A stretch of 64,000 bases of DNA from NCBI GenBank assembly GCA_024679065.1, contig JAGIQG010000011.1, forward strand, positions 7,378,001-7,442,000. The letters run 5' to 3'. Under the pieces are notes generated by a model that was given only the letters and a program-made list of their open reading frames with translations, was not told where the DNA came from and searched no databases. Origin of the DNA: Sphyrna mokarran. Its lineage: Eukaryota. Shown here piece by piece: positions 25,615 through 39,361 of this stretch. Position numbers and translations under genes: made by a program. Positions within the stretch are counted from its first letter, which is position 1. Every line of letters begins with the position of its first letter.

Positions 25615-25895
25615 AAAGTTGAGAGGGTTGGCTTATGAGAAGAGACTGAATAGACTGGGGCTATACTCATTGGAATTCAGAAGAATGGAGGAGATCTTAT
25701 AGAAACATACCAGATTACAAGGGAGTAGATAAGATAGAAGCAGAGAAGTTGTTTCCACTGGCGGGTGAAACTAGAACTCGGAGGCATGACCTCAAAAGAA
25801 GGGAAAACAGATTTAGGACTGAGTTGAGGAGGAACTTCTCCACACAAAGGGTTATGAATCTGTGGAATTCCCTGCCCGGTGAAGCTGGTGGCCAT
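25615..25895 (+). mobile_element. CR1 LINE 3' ORF2 fragment
   Basis: YEKRLNRLGLYSLEFRR...KLFPLAGETRTRRH..RFRTELRRNFSTQRVMNLWNSLP. Confidence 0.8.
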
Positions 25896-26663
25896 CTGAT
25901 AGTATCATAGAATGGCCATAGAGAGAAGGAGGCCATTCGGCCTATTAGGTCCATGGGGCTATCTATAACAGCGACTTATCTACAACCAGAAATCTTCCCT
26001 ATAGCCCTGCAATTCACATAATTATCCAATTCCATTTTGAAAGTTACATTTGGAACAATCTCCACCAGTCTCTCAGGCAGTGAATTCCAGATTCTAATTA
26101 CTCGCTGCTTAGAGATGGAATTCCCCCTGTCGTCATTGCTTCTTCCCCTGGGGTCCCAGATCCTTCTACCAAGAGGAACATTTTCTTCCTACTGACCTGT
26201 CCATGATGTTAAATACTCTGATCAAATCTCCTCTTCATCACTTTTCCAAAGACAATAGTCCCAGTTTCTCCAATTTATCCACATAACTAACTTCCTTATC
26301 TCTGGAGCCATGAACCTTTTCTGCACTCTTTAGGGAAGGAAATCTGCTATCTTTATCTGTCTGCTGGTAGGCCAATACCTGGTCTGGCCTACAGGGGACT
26401 CCAGACCCTCAGGAATGTGGTTAACTTTCAAATACCCTCTGAGATAGAAGGCAGTTAGGGATGGGCAGATAAATGCTGGGGCGGTCTGCTCCAGTTGAGG
26501 TTGAGTCAGTGTCTTAAACAGGTTTATCATAATTTCCTTGTTTTTATCCTCTGTGCCTCCCAAGAACCCACAATCCCATACACTCCATTAACCACTTTCT
26601 CATCGTTAAACATTTATGGACAAGCGCTCCCAGGTCCCGATGCTTCTGCAGCCCCTTTCGACT

Positions 26664-26946
26664 CATAGAATCCCTACAGTGAGAAAGAGGCCATCCGGCC
26701 CATCGAGTCTGCACTGACTCTCTAAAAGAGCATCTCACCCATGCTCTCCCCCACTATCTATTCTTGTACCCTGCACATTTACCATGGTCGATCAAGCTAA
26801 TCTGCACATCTTTGGACTGTAGGAGGAAACTGGGGCCCCCTGAGCAAACACGTGCAGACTCCACACAGACGGTGACCCAAGCTGGGAATCGAACCAGCGG
26901 TCCTGGCGCTGTGAAGCAGCCGTGCTAACCACTGTGCCATACTGCC
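26664..26946 (-). mobile_element. HE1/V-SINE-like SINE nested in an old CR1 fragment
   Basis: Consensus head and tail on the minus strand; CR1 sequence (KCEVVHFG) resumes on both sides. Confidence 0.75.
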
Positions 26947-27184
26947 AAATTGTTCCCTTTCTTTTATATTGCCTTTCCTCATCCTTCTGACCAAAATGAA
27001 CAACTTCACACTTCTCATCAGTAAATAGAATCAACCCCTTACTCACCCATTCCATCAGCTGGTCTGTGGCCTTGTGAAGTTTATCATGAATCTTTTCTCA
27101 GATCACAATGCCTCCAGGTTTTGTGTCATTCATAACTTTTGAAATTGTGCTTTTGTACACCCAAGTCTAGGTCATTAATATCCC

Positions 27185-27490
27185 AGAATCCTACAGTGCA
27201 GAAAGGAGGCCATTTGGGCCCATTGAGTCTGCATCGACCACAATCCCACCCAAGTCCTTTTTCTGTAACCCCACATATTCACCCTGCTAATCCTCCTGAC
27301 ATTACGTGCAATTTAGCACGGCCAATTCACATAACCCGCACATCTTTGGACTGTGCTAGGAAACCGGAGCACCTGGAGGAAATCCACGCAGATACGAGGA
27401 GAATGTGCAAACTCACACAGCTGGGAATCGAACCCAAGTCCTTGGTACTGTGAGACAGCAGAGCTAACCACTATGCCATCTTGCTGCCCA
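27185..27490 (-). mobile_element. HE1/V-SINE-like SINE
   Basis: Consensus match on the minus strand. Confidence 0.8.
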
Positions 27491-29192
27491 CATATAGATC
27501 AACATAGATCAAGAAAAATAAAGTTTTAATCCTGACCCCTGGGGTGCCCCACTGTATACTTTTCTCCAGTCCTCACTAAACACCCTGTAATGTTCACCAA
27601 TTAAGGGTAAAATAAGAATAGTTACACACCCGCCCTCGGCTAAATTTGTATCTGTGTTGTTCCTATCCCTTCAGTTCGATAGGCTGTAATCTTGTGAGCA
27701 AGCCTATTCTGTGGCACTTCATAAACTGCGTTACTCTAATCACACCTTTTTGTTACCTCATCAAAAAACCCAAACAAGTTAATTAATATGCCTCCTGTAC
27801 CTGTAAACTCACATGGATTTGCTTCTGATGTGCACCCTTCACCCACCACAATCATACTTCCCGAGGGAGAGGGCGGAAGATCCTCGTCCAGATTTCCTTC
27901 TTTCAGTTGACCTAGCCTTTTGATTGTGTCTTTCTAACTCTCCCAGGAGCTCAGGGCTCTATGGAAGGATCAAATAGACTTGAAACACGAGGTGGAATTT
28001 TCCAGTAAATCTTCCATGGGAATGGTAATGGGTGGGGAGGGTGGACCATGCAAAGGTCCATTGACCTCAGGTGGGATTTTCCAGCCTGAACGAGACTGGA
28101 AGTTCCCACCCATTACGTTTCTCTCTCCATAGATGCTGCCAGATCTGCTGAGTTTATCCAACATTTCCAGTTTTTATTTCTTATTAATTATAAAATAATT
28201 TGTCTTTAATGATTTCACGCTGACTATCCTTAATTAGTTCACATTTGTCTGTTAATATTGTGCTGAAGAGTCATTTTAAAAAGCTTTCCCGTCTTTCTTG
28301 AACTAAGGTTTGTAAGTCTCTGATCCTCTGGCACCATATTTGTACGCAAAGAGGCTGAAAATGTTGCTACAATTTCTACTTTCAGTATTGCTGCATGCAT
28401 CGCATCTGGTCAAAGTGATTTAGCAACTTTAAGTACAGCCAACCTATCTAATATCTGCTACTTATCAATTTTTAGATCATACGGTGTCTCCTTCTTCACT
28501 AAGATTTGGGCAACACCTTCTTCCTTAGTGAAAACAGATGCAAAGTACTTATTATTGTTACCTCAGCTTTGTCCCTTCCCTCAATGCATAAATTCCCTTC
28601 AAGGTCTATAATGGGCCCCACCATTCCTTTTAGCATCCTTTATTTATTCATTTGTGGGACTTCAGCGTCGTTGACTGGTCAGTATTTATTGTCCATTCTC
28701 CTTGGAGGGCAGTTAACAGTCAACCACAATGCTGTGGCTCTAGAGTCAGGCCAGACCAGGTAAGGATAGCAGATTTCCTTCCCTAAGAGCCATTATTGAT
28801 CCAGATGGGTTTTTCCAACAATTGACAATGGTTTCATGGTCAATTCCAGATTTTATTTTATTGAATTCAAATTCCACCATCTGCTTTGGTGGGACTTGAA
28901 CCCAGGTCCCCAGAACATTGGCTGAATTTCTGGATTAATAGTAATACACCATTAGTCCATTGCCTCCCCCCGTGATATTTTACTATTTATCTGCCTGCAG
29001 AGTACTTTTGGATTCCTTTTATGTTAGCTGCCAGTATCTCCTCATTCCCTCCCTTGGCTTCTCTTATTGTTTTTTCACTTCCACTTTGAAAGTTTGATAT
29101 TCAGCCTGATTCTCAGTTGCATCTATCGTGGGCATCTTCTTTTTCCTTTGAATTATTTGCTGTTTGATGCATCATTTAAGGAACTCTGGATT

Positions 29193-29491
29193 TCATAGAA
29201 TCCCGACAGTGCATAAGAAGCCCACTCAGCCCATCGAGTCTGCACCGACCACAATCTCATGTAGGCCCTATCCCCATAACCCTATGCATTTACCCTAACT
29301 TGTTCCCCTTGACACTCAGGTCAATTTAACATGGCCGATCCACCTAATTTGCACATTTTTGGACTGTGGGAGGAAACGGGAGGCACCTGGAGGAAACCCA
29401 CGCAGACGTGGGGAGAAGGTGCAAACTCCTCACAAGTGACCCAAGCCGAGAATTGAACCAGGATCCCTGGCACTGTGCCACCATGCTGCCC
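29193..29491 (-). mobile_element. HE1/V-SINE-like SINE
   Basis: Consensus match on the minus strand. Confidence 0.8.
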
Positions 29492-30473
29492 AAACTCGAC
29501 CTCGTGTGTTGGGCATTGATTTGCCGAGTTCCTTTCAGCATGCACTGGGACAGTTTCTGGCTGGGGCTGACATCATCTTCTACTCGAGGTGGGTGCTTCA
29601 GGGAATTCAGAGTGAGAATGATCTCTTGGGCTAGGTTTGGGAGGAAATTCCCAGGACTGGATTGTAATAAAGGTAAAGGGGAGTAGGACAAAGCTCCGCG
29701 CCACCTCCTTCTGGAAAAGCCCACTGCTGTTCAGACACTTGAGAGGCCAACGATGGATCTTTCCTAAAGAACCCTGGAATGCAAGTCTGGCCTGATAGGA
29801 GCTGCCAGTCAATAAGAAACCGGCAATTTTATTGAACAGCAGAGCCATGGGGAAGGCAATGGCTATTCCTGGTCTGGGAATATTGCTGGATCTCAGGCTA
29901 AGGTAACTGATGCTGGGAGTGGGGAGGGGAGAGGGGAGTCAGTGGCAAAGGGAATGGGGTGGTCTCTAGATGAGGGGGAGGCTCAGGCACTGAGTACCCT
30001 TGAACGAGGGCCAGCAGCACTCCCCCACCCTGCAGACTCAGATTAGCTTCAGGTACTCCCCCGGAATGGTGTCCCTCCCTCACTTCCTCTCCCCCACTGG
30101 CTGTTGCTAAGCCCACTCCAGCAGGATGAGGGCCTGAAGTGGGAACTAAGTGGCTGTTTAAGGCCCTCAGTTGGCAGCTTGCTGGACAGGCCAGCTTTGG
30201 AGATTTATGGACTGGTAGCTGCCTCCCTCCTGCCTTGTTCCCCATCCCCACTAGTGCCAGCACTATCCTTATCGAGGGAAAGGATGGAAGATTCTTACCC
30301 AGATTTATTTCTTCCAGTGATTTAACTGTGATTTAACTGTGTCTTTTTGTCACTCCTGGAAGATTATCTGGTTTTGGGTGGGACAGAGAGAGTATATTGT
30401 GATGTATAAGAAACTCCAGTGATGTGGGGGGGGGGTGCTGAATGAACCAGAGGGTCTTTAACAGTCTGTTTTT

Positions 30474-30858
30474 CATAGAAACACAACAGTGCAGAAAAAG
30501 GCCATTCAGCCCATTGAATCTGCACCGACAACAATCCCACCAAGCTATACCCCTGTAACCCCATATAATCTCCTGACACTAAAGGGCAATTTCCCCCCCA
30601 GACCTTGCCCGGTGATCCCAGGCGTTTACCTCATTAATCCCTCCAACCTACACATCTTGAGACAATAAGAGGCAATTTAACATGGCCTATCCACTAACCT
30701 GAATATCTTTGGACTGTGGGAAGAAACTGGAGCAGTTGGAGGAAACCCATGCAGACATGGGGAGAATGTACAAACCTCCACCCAGACTGTGACCCGAGGC
30801 CAGAATTGAACCTGGATCCCTGGCACTGTAAGGCAGCAATGCTAACCACAGTGCCAAC
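30474..30858 (-). mobile_element. HE1/V-SINE-like SINE with an internal duplication
   Basis: Consensus match; the gaca.taa..ggcaattt segment occurs twice. Confidence 0.75.
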
Positions 30859-31907
30859 ATGGTCATATATTGGTACTGTCCATCTGTGCCAGCCTGGTGA
30901 ATCCACAGTCTGCAGTACCATTTTGCACTGGAGCCAGTTTCACTGCACAGCTCTGTTTAGAGAGAGCAAAGCACTCTACAAATTCCCATCAACTGAGTTA
31001 TTTTTACATTTCTTGTTCTACACTCTCTTTGAATCAGATGACCAATTTCTGTTTGAATTTAGTTTTGTTGACACATATCTGCTTAGTGCAGATTTCCCAC
31101 AGGATTTTTGCTCAGAAGTTTGCTCGGAAGATTTTTGATCCCATGAGCCAGGGTTAGGTTTCAGTCCCAGTAGCGGAGGTGTCCATGTCTGGCTGGTTTT
31201 AGTGGCTGCTCCCTTACCTCTTGTTCCACATCACATCGAGGATCTCTCGGGGGAGGGGGGGGGGGGGAGGCAGGTAATCTTGAACCCTCGGGTTGGGGGG
31301 AGTCTTAAACTCTCTCCCATGCCACTTTTCATGTTGGTGGAGTGCAGGGGAGGCATATTTACATGGATAGGAGAGTGTGGCTGGAGACCCTGGGACTTTA
31401 CACATCCAACATCATCAAGTCCATAGAGAGGAGGCCCATGGGTATCGTTTTCCTCCACTGCCAATTGAAAACTCTAATGGGACAATTAGTGCCACATGAA
31501 GGCCTCATCATGCCACTGTTGATATTAATGGTGAGGGGGGCACTCAGCGTGCAGGATGCAAACCTCCACTGGATCATGTTCAGAGGCACTCAGTACCTCA
31601 ATGACTGGTATCAGGATAGGGAAGGTTGCTGTGAGCACCATCCCACTATCCTTACCCTGATAAATGCCCGCAATCCCTTCCTGCCTGGGATCTAGCGACC
31701 ATCCTAGGGCTGGGGTACATGTTATACTGGCAGTGGCCACCACCTCCCAGTGGCACTGCTCCTCAGTAGATATATTGGCCTCTGGTTGGCTGCTCTCGGT
31801 GGGCAGGATTTGTAGGGTCATTCATCCTTGGGGGAATAGCCCACACCTGATATATCATGTGAAACAAGTTGTCGAGAGCTTTCCCCGAAAACCAGTGAAA
31901 TGGAACT

Positions 31908-32140
31908 AAAAGCAGAATACTGCTATGCTGGAATCTAACAACGGAAAATTCTGGAACATCTCAGCAGGTCTGACAGCATCTGTGGAGAGAGAATAGAGCC
32001 AAATTTTCAAGTCTAGATGACCTTTTGAAGAAAAGAAATGCTTGAATGAAGGCTCCCACAGACTCGAAACATTAACTCTGTTCTCTCTTCACAGATACTG
32101 TCAGAGCTGCTGAGATGTTCCAGAATTTTCCGTTTGTATT
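31908..32140. mobile_element. Inverted pair of Penelope-like terminal repeats (second PLE family)
   Basis: aacggaaaattctggaacatctcagcag...ctgacagcatctgtg is the reverse complement of cacagatactgtcag...ctgctgagatgttccagaattttccgtt. Confidence 0.65.
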
Positions 32141-32671
32141 TAGTGAGATGGAGCTCTTGCCCGCTCACCACCCAGCCTCTGTAAGATGCCAATCCTGGTG
32201 TTGTGAGTAACATGGAGATATTGAGATGTTTTGCTGAAGCCAAGGATCCATTTATTATTTAGTGCACAGAGTTGATAATGGGTGAGTTTACAGCCTGGAT
32301 AAAGTGGGTTCAATGTTACAATCTATCGAGTGGATGAGAAACACACAATCAGCAATTATCATACACATGTTAGTTTGTCAATGTTTGATTAAATAGTCCG
32401 GCTGGAGGAGAAAGCAGGTAATTTGCAGTGATATCAGCAAGCAATGGCTTTGTTTCATGTGTTTCTGAATCTTTACTGAGGTTCCAGGCAGGTTTCATTG
32501 GAGCTGGTGTTCAGGATTGCACCTTCAGCCTCTGGCCAGACTGAGCTGTTCTGAAGTGATTTTTTAAAAATCGTTGCCCAAGGGTCACTCTGTCATCCTG
32601 TTTGTGTGAGTGATTTCCCTCCGAACAATCTGACTGGGGCAGGCTTGATTGACTAGCTGGTCTTTTCTATC

Positions 32672-33195
32672 AGTTTTTAATGTCCATTTGTTCATGTGTT
32701 CATATCTTTGCATGTTTTTATGTCTGTATGTTTGCATGTTTGTATGTTTGTATGTTCATATGTTCACATGCCTTTGTATGTTCACATGTCTTTGTGTTTG
32801 TATGTTCGTATGTCATCAGTTTTTAATGTCTGTTTGTTCATGTGTTCATATCTTTGCATGTTTGTATGTCTGTTTGTTTGCATGTTCATACATCTATGTT
32901 CACATATAATCATGTCTATGCTCACATGTGTGTGTCTGTATGTTCACATGCCTGTATATTCACATGTATGTGTCTGTGTTCATATGTTCATATGTCACTG
33001 TGTTTGCATGTCTCTATGTTCACATGTCTGTATATGTGTGTTGACATGTCTACATCTGTGTGTTCACATGTCTGTACATCTGTGTGTTCACATGTAGATC
33101 TGTATGTACACATATCTGTACATCTGTGTGTTCACATGTCTGTACATCTGTGTGTTCACATGTCTGTATATTCACATGTCTGTGTGTTTGTATGC
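32672..33195. repeat. TG-rich degenerate tandem repeat (tgttcacatgtctgtacatctgtg, about 24-bp units distally)
   Basis: Seen directly. Confidence 0.9.
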
Positions 33196-33997
33196 AGTAC
33201 ATTGAGAAGCTGGGACTTGTTTGATGTAATAATCTGTGGAGCAACATTTGAGTGGCACACTTTGAGTTGTGGAAATTCAGATATAAACCCTGCAATGACC
33301 TCTTATAAATAATGAATCATTTGTAAGCAAGTAAATACACTACTGCATCATATTGACAAACTAATAATAACTTTCATACTTTTTGCTGTTCAGAAGGAAT
33401 TTGAAAACATTTTAAGAATTGGCGGGGTTTCTCACAGACACTACACAAGTGTATCTGTTAACATTTCTATCCGTTCTCGATAAAGGAAAATGTGACAGTA
33501 GTGGGGGCATAGAGACACATCCAGGTATAGACACACGCAGAGATACTGTAGATGCATGGAGAGACTGATTGGAGGTAATTGGTGAGAGAGGGGTGTTGGG
33601 GAAAGGTAATTTGGAAAAGGTGAAAGAGAGGGAGATTCTGCCTGAGGTTTCCCACTCCCACTTCATGTTTGTAATGCTTGGACTGAGGGAATACACGCTT
33701 GGCCTGACTGAGCTGAATGGAGCCTGGGATTGGGTCTGTCCCTCTTCTGCTCGTGTGTGGGGGAGGTAAAATTGTGCCTCGTTTTACATGTGTTTCTGAA
33801 ATGCTATCACACTGCACAAACCTGCAGCTCACTGCAATTCAAATCAGACCCAAAGTGGCTTTTACATCAACTCGATGAAGGAAGTAAAGATGAGGAAGAG
33901 AGTTATGTCCCATTGGGTTTGCTCAGGCCTCTCGTGGAATAGCCTCAGTTACATTCACATATAGGTGAGTTTTAATTGGGATAATGAGACAGACGTG

Positions 33998-34105
33998 TTA
34001 TGTGCGGTGGCCGATGTGCTTCCCTCTGCTTTTTCCAGAGCTGTGTTTAGGAGGTTCCATGTTCACGTATTCATTGCTCTGATCTTCTTGGTCCTTTTTC
34101 AACAT
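33998..34105 (-). CDS. CD28: CD28/CTLA-4-family co-receptor, exon 4 (cytoplasmic tail + stop)
   Basis: cctccttcttcag| phase-0 acceptor. Encodes MLKKDQEDQSNEYVNMEPPKHSSGKSRGKHIGHRT* with a YxNM SH2-docking motif. Confidence 0.92.
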   Translation of the reverse strand: MLKKDQEDQSNEYVNMEPPKHSSGKSRGKHIGHRT

Positions 34106-34825
34106 CTGAAGAAGGAGGTAACAGATAAAGACTTTGTGAAAATCTAAGTGGCTTAAATCAATATCACAGCAGTTTAAAGAGAGGATGATCCTTCAGCCCT
34201 AGGGGACAATTGGGCAGATCACCCCAGCTCTTGGATTAAAGGCTGGTGACCTTTACTTGAAACTTTACATCTAATTCAAACTGGAGAGATGTCTACTCAA
34301 CGTGGAGCTGTGCTCTTCTCGGGCACCATGGTAATGGATTGCCTGGTCCCAGCTAGTAAAGATCTTACAATCAGTCCAAATGTGGCCATTCAGCTTCTCA
34401 GGCCTGCTCTACCATTCTGTTAGATCAAAGCTGATGTGCAGCTCCTCTGAATTTACCTGCTTTACCTCATTCTTGCCTTCACTGAACAAGAATCTATCCA
34501 TAGAATCTCCCATTGAGCCAAGAGGAACAAACGTTCCTTTTGGAGAGCGAGTTCCAGGTTTGTACTACTGCCCTTTGAAAGAGTCTTTCCTGATTTCACT
34601 CCCAGATAGCCAAGCTCCAGTTTTAAGTTTTCCCCCTCTTGTCCCAGATTTCCATATCAAAGGAATTCTTGCCCCGGTTCTATCCTGTCAAATCCTTCCA
34701 ATATCTTAAACACATTGATTGGATCATCCCCACCTTCTCAATTCAAGGAAGTCGTGTACATGGAAACTGTCCTCATATCTTAAGGAGAACAATAAATTGT
34801 CCCTTTAGTCTGTGTCATTCAGGCT

Positions 34826-35192
34826 AACAGTGGTTAGCACTGCTGCCTCTCAACAGGCCTTAGATTACCGTTTGCATGTTCTCCTCATGTCGGTATGGGT
34901 TCCTCTGGATGCTCCAATTTCCTCTCACAGTCTAAAGATGTGCAAGTTAGGTTGATTGGCCATGCTAAGTTTCCCATAGTGTCTCAAGAGGTGCAAATTA
35001 GGTGGAGTGGCCATGTTAAATTGCCCTGTAGTGTCCTAAGAAGTGTAGATTAGATGGGATTAACCATGGGAAAGGTGTGGTGTTACGGGGATAGGGCGTG
35101 AGAGAGAGCTTGAGTGAAATACCCTGTCAGATTGTCAGTGCAGACTCTATGGGCTGAATGGCATTTTTAGCACTGTAGGGATTCTATGATTC
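34826..35192 (+). mobile_element. HE1/V-SINE-like SINE with a triplicated central module (intron 3)
   Basis: gatgtgca.gttagg...ggccatg.taa.tt.cc..tagtgt is repeated about 3 times. Confidence 0.75.
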
Positions 35193-36219
35193 TGTTAAAT
35201 TCAAACCTAATATATCTTCCCTGAACTGCCCAGAATTGAACACGATATTTCAGGTGGGATTTGGCTAAGGCTCTGTAAAATTGTAACATAATTTCTGGCT
35301 CTTTAGATAAAGACCAACCTTTATTAATTAACCTTCTGATTGTTGTTTTTTGATGCTGTTTCCTGGCTTTTAATGCTTTGGGATTTAATGATCCCAAATC
35401 TCAACTCATTTCTCATATTCTTCAATTTTTTTTATTCTTTCAGGGGATGTCGTTGTTCAGACCAGCATTTATTACCCACCCCTAATTGCCTTTGAGATGA
35501 TGGTGGTGTAGATACACCAATCACGCTTTAGAGATGGAGTTCCAGAATTTTGACCCAGTAACAGTGAAGGAATGGTGATATATTTCCAAGTCAGGGTGGT
35601 GAGTGCTTGGAGAGGAACTTGCAGTTGGTGGTGTTCTGCTGCCCTTGTCTTATACGATGGGGTTGTGGGTTTGGAAGAATCATAGAATCCCTACAGTGAA
35701 GAAAATGGACATTTGGCCCATCAGGTCAGCACTGAAAACAATCCCAATCAGGCTCTATCCCCATAACCCCACCTATTTACCCTGTTAATCTCCCTGACAC
35801 TAAGGGACACTGCCTAAGGACTTTTGGTGAGTCCAAAGGCTTTTTGGGTTTTAAGAACATAGAACATAGAATGTAGGAGTTCTGATTTGTAAACAGTGCC
35901 AGCCAAAATATGGGCAAAGCAATAATTAACATAAAAAATATGTATTGTACAATGGTGGAAAATGAATGCAGATACTTTTATATAAAATTGATATATCTCT
36001 AACACCATTCTTACAAAATTCATGAGGTAATTTGAAAATGTTGCTATTTAAAAATGTTCTTACAGAAGCTGCACAGATGTTTACACATGGTATTCCAATT
36101 CATCACCTGAATGAATTTGCCTGTAAACTGGGAAAGGGAAGCATATATAGAGGGGAGAGGATTTGGGAAGCAGTTGTTAACATGCTGGAGTGCAATAAAA
36201 TGCAAGAGGTGTAAGAATT

Positions 36220-36506
36220 TTAGAATCCTATAGTGCTATTCATTCAGTCCACCGAGCCTCAAGAATTCCATCCAGACCCTATCCTCTTAACCCTATATAT
36301 TTACCATGTGAATCCTCCTGACTCTAAGGGGGAATTTAGCATGGCCAATGTACCTAACCAGCCCTTCTTTTGGAGGAAACTGGAGCACCCAGAGGAAACT
36401 CATGCCAACACGGAGAGAACGTGCACTTCAAACAAATAGTCACCCAAAGCCAGAATTGAACCTGGGTCCCTGGCGCTGTGAAGCAGCCATACTAACCACT
36501 GTGCCA
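36220..36506 (-). mobile_element. HE1/V-SINE-like SINE (intron 3)
   Basis: Consensus match on the minus strand. Confidence 0.75.
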
Positions 36507-37719
36507 ACGTGGTTATTGGAGAAATTGGAGAAATGAGTAGTAAGTAGGTCTGATGGGAGACTGAGCGTGCAATGTCTGTGTGCGGCACTGCGCCAAGTTT
36601 TACACCTCTTGTTGCCATGAGCACGGAGAAGGGAGAAAAATCAAACAACTTCCCTGCTCCGGATCCTCTTGGAGGCTGTGAGGTGGGGCTGGGGGAGAGG
36701 GGGCAGGGGGAATGCTGAAGTCTGACAAAGAAAACTCTGGACATGAAATGTAAGCTTCAGCAGAGAGAAAGAGAGAGAAAGCAGCAAGCTTGAGAATGGA
36801 GTAGTTCGCGGATGAAAGGTGCAGCAGTGTAATGGTCACATTATCCAGTGGGTACATGACTTCATTGCCCAGTTACGACTTGAGAATTTCAACTCAGCAA
36901 ATAAAAAATCAAGAAAGGAAAACTGGTATCAATGACCAGGGAACTGTTGAATTGTCCAAAAACCCAAGTGATTCATTACTGTCATTTAGGGAGGGAGTCA
37001 GTTGCTGTTTTCCAATTCCACATCAATGTAGTTACTCTTAACAGCTCCAGAAGCTGCTCAGTTAACAGTGTTTTAGCGAGGATGATCATTAAGGATGACT
37101 AGGGATGGGTTATTAATGCCAGCCGTGCAAATGATATCTACACCCTCAGGATCAAATCTGAGAATTCCACTTTGGGGAGGGTTGAAGGGCTTGGCACAGG
37201 AGGGTTGAGAGAATGGTAGAGTCCAGCTCAGACGTACTTGCCTTGCCTTGGGCCTGTCTCCCAGCGCTGGCCAGTCCACGTAGCAGTAGCGGGTTCATCA
37301 GAATTGTGAATCAGTTCACATTTCATGTCAACTGCCTCCTTCATCCTGAGAATGCAAGCGGTGGCACCAAGGGGCTGTGGAGGGCGAGATTGAACACAGA
37401 GCGGAAAACACATTAACACGACAAAACACAACGGAGGGACAGACAGAAAGAGCACAGCAAGTGGCAAGAGCAGAGAAAGAGGCTGGAGAGAAGCGAGGAT
37501 GGAGTCTGTCGGATTGTATGAATGTGGAAAACGAGTTGGAGGAGGGGGAGATATCCCTCAGTATTTCACTCTAGCAGTGGAGGGAAGTCTTAACAGGATA
37601 TGAGGGAGTCCCTGGGTTTTAATCCATTGTGATTAAAGTGGGAGCTGGAAGGGGTTGAGGGCTCTTGGTTGGGTTGGTGGAAGTTATGCACCTTTCACTA
37701 ATGCTGTGCTTAGTGTCTT

Positions 37720-38010
37720 AGGGGAATGTGGGGAGAGGATGAGGGAGGGGAAGTGTTGGGGAGGGGGAGAGAGAGAGAGTGTGGGGGAGGGTATGGGAGG
37801 GGGAATGTTGAGGAGAGGGTGAGGGAGGGTATGTGTTGGGTGAGGGGGAAGGGAATGGGGGAATGTTGGAGTAGGTTGAGGGAGGGAGAGTGTTGGGGGA
37901 GGGCTAGGGGAGGGCGAATGTTGGGGAGGGGATGAGGGAGAGAAAGTATTGGGGAAGGCTGGGGAGGGGAGAGTGTTGGGGAGGGGATGAGGGAATGTTG
38001 GGGGAGGGTG
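37720..38010 (+). repeat. G/purine-rich low-complexity tract (tgttggggagggg-type units), G4-prone
   Basis: Seen directly. Confidence 0.85.
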
Positions 38011-38525
38011 AGTTATCAGAGGGGGTAGGTAGCTGGGGTTTGGTTTAGAGTTTAATTGATTAGCTGTTCTGGGTATTTGATGGCTTGGACTCTGCACTCG
38101 GTGAGCAGAATTAGATACCTTGTATTCATTGTTTTCTAATCTGTATTCTATATTTAGTGTTTATGCTTCTTATTATTCTATAGTCAATACTCAGTTATTT
38201 GTTCTCCATATACTCATTACCCTGCATTCAGCTCTCAATAACCAGTATCTGGAAAGATGTACTGGGTAACCGGTCTGATTGTACTCGGTATGGTACAGTG
38301 TACTTGTTACCCTGTACTCTGTCGCCTGTACACAGCTGTCAGTAACCGGTATCTGGTTAGTTATATTTGGTGCTGGGTAACCGGTCTGATTGTACTCAGT
38401 ATGATACAATATAGTTGTTATCCTGTATTCTGTACACTGTTCGCAGGAACCTGCGGTTGTTACTTAGAGACGCCAAACTTGGTTATACCGGTTCTGAGAG
38501 CGTTCCCAAGCCCTGTGACACTTAC

Positions 38526-38626
38526 CCAGTGCAGGCAGGTAATGACAACACTGTATAAGATGAAGATTGCAGTGAGTCCCAGGGCTATCAGGGTGATTGG
38601 AGTAAACTGACCACATGGCTTCACCT
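38526..38626 (-). CDS. CD28: CD28/CTLA-4-family co-receptor, exon 3 (stalk cysteine + transmembrane)
   Basis: tgtttcag|AG...TGG|gtaagt, phase 1-0. Encodes EVKPCGQFTPITLIALGLTAIFILYSVVITCLHW, with a stalk Cys and the YxxxxT TM motif (YSVVIT; human CD28 has YSLLVT). Confidence 0.92.
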
Positions 38627-38917
38627 CTGAAACATACAGGATAATATTAGCACAGCTTCTGACCAGGTAGCACTCCTGTAGTCACACAAGAAGCAGTGTG
38701 TGTGACCCTCATTCTAACAGATTTGCTCTCAGTGACACACACTGCATTGATTCAATCCAAAACAAAATCTTTAGTCTTTTCTTTCACCTTTTGTTTTTCC
38801 TCTTTCTCCCCCTTGTTTCATTCTTTTTCTCTTACTTTCTCTCTCTCTCTTTGTTCTTTCTTTCCTTCCCTTCTCAACATTTTTTCACCTCTCTGATTAG
38901 ATCTAATAAATGATAAA

Positions 38918-39140
38918 TGGGTGGCATGGTGGCACAGTGGTTAGCCCTACTGCCTCGTAGCTCCCGGGACCTGGATTCGATTCCAGTCTTGGGTCACTAT
39001 CTATGTGGGTTTCTCCCTGTCTCTGGGTGGGGTTTCCTCTGGGTGCTCTGGTTTCCTCCCACACTCCAAAGATGTGTGAGTTAAGTGGATTGGTAACTTG
39101 ATGGGCCAAATGGCCTCCTTTTGCACTGCTGGGATTTGAT
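38918..39140 (+). mobile_element. HE1/V-SINE-like SINE (intron 2)
   Basis: Consensus head gggtggcatggtggcacagtggttagc. Confidence 0.8.
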
Positions 39141-39361
39141 GACCGTGTTTTATCAGTTAACTGTGGAGTCAATCCTTGATGTTATTACAATGATCATACA
39201 TTGATCTAAATTGTAACCCATTTACTATGGTTTTGCTCATTCACTTAATCTAGTAATATCTCTCTGTAATTTTACATTCCCTGTGAGGCTACTGCCCTTA
39301 TGTTACCAACAAATTTGCTATTGTATCCCTCAACCACCTTGTCAATGAATATAATGATATT

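Noticed and set aside
32649-33312. Hydrophobic Cys/Met/Val-rich ORFs resembling membrane proteins
   Set aside because: Low-complexity TG repeat.
33428-33442. Roquin CDE-like TCTGTGA in the 3'UTR
   Set aside because: Flanking bases do not extend the stem.
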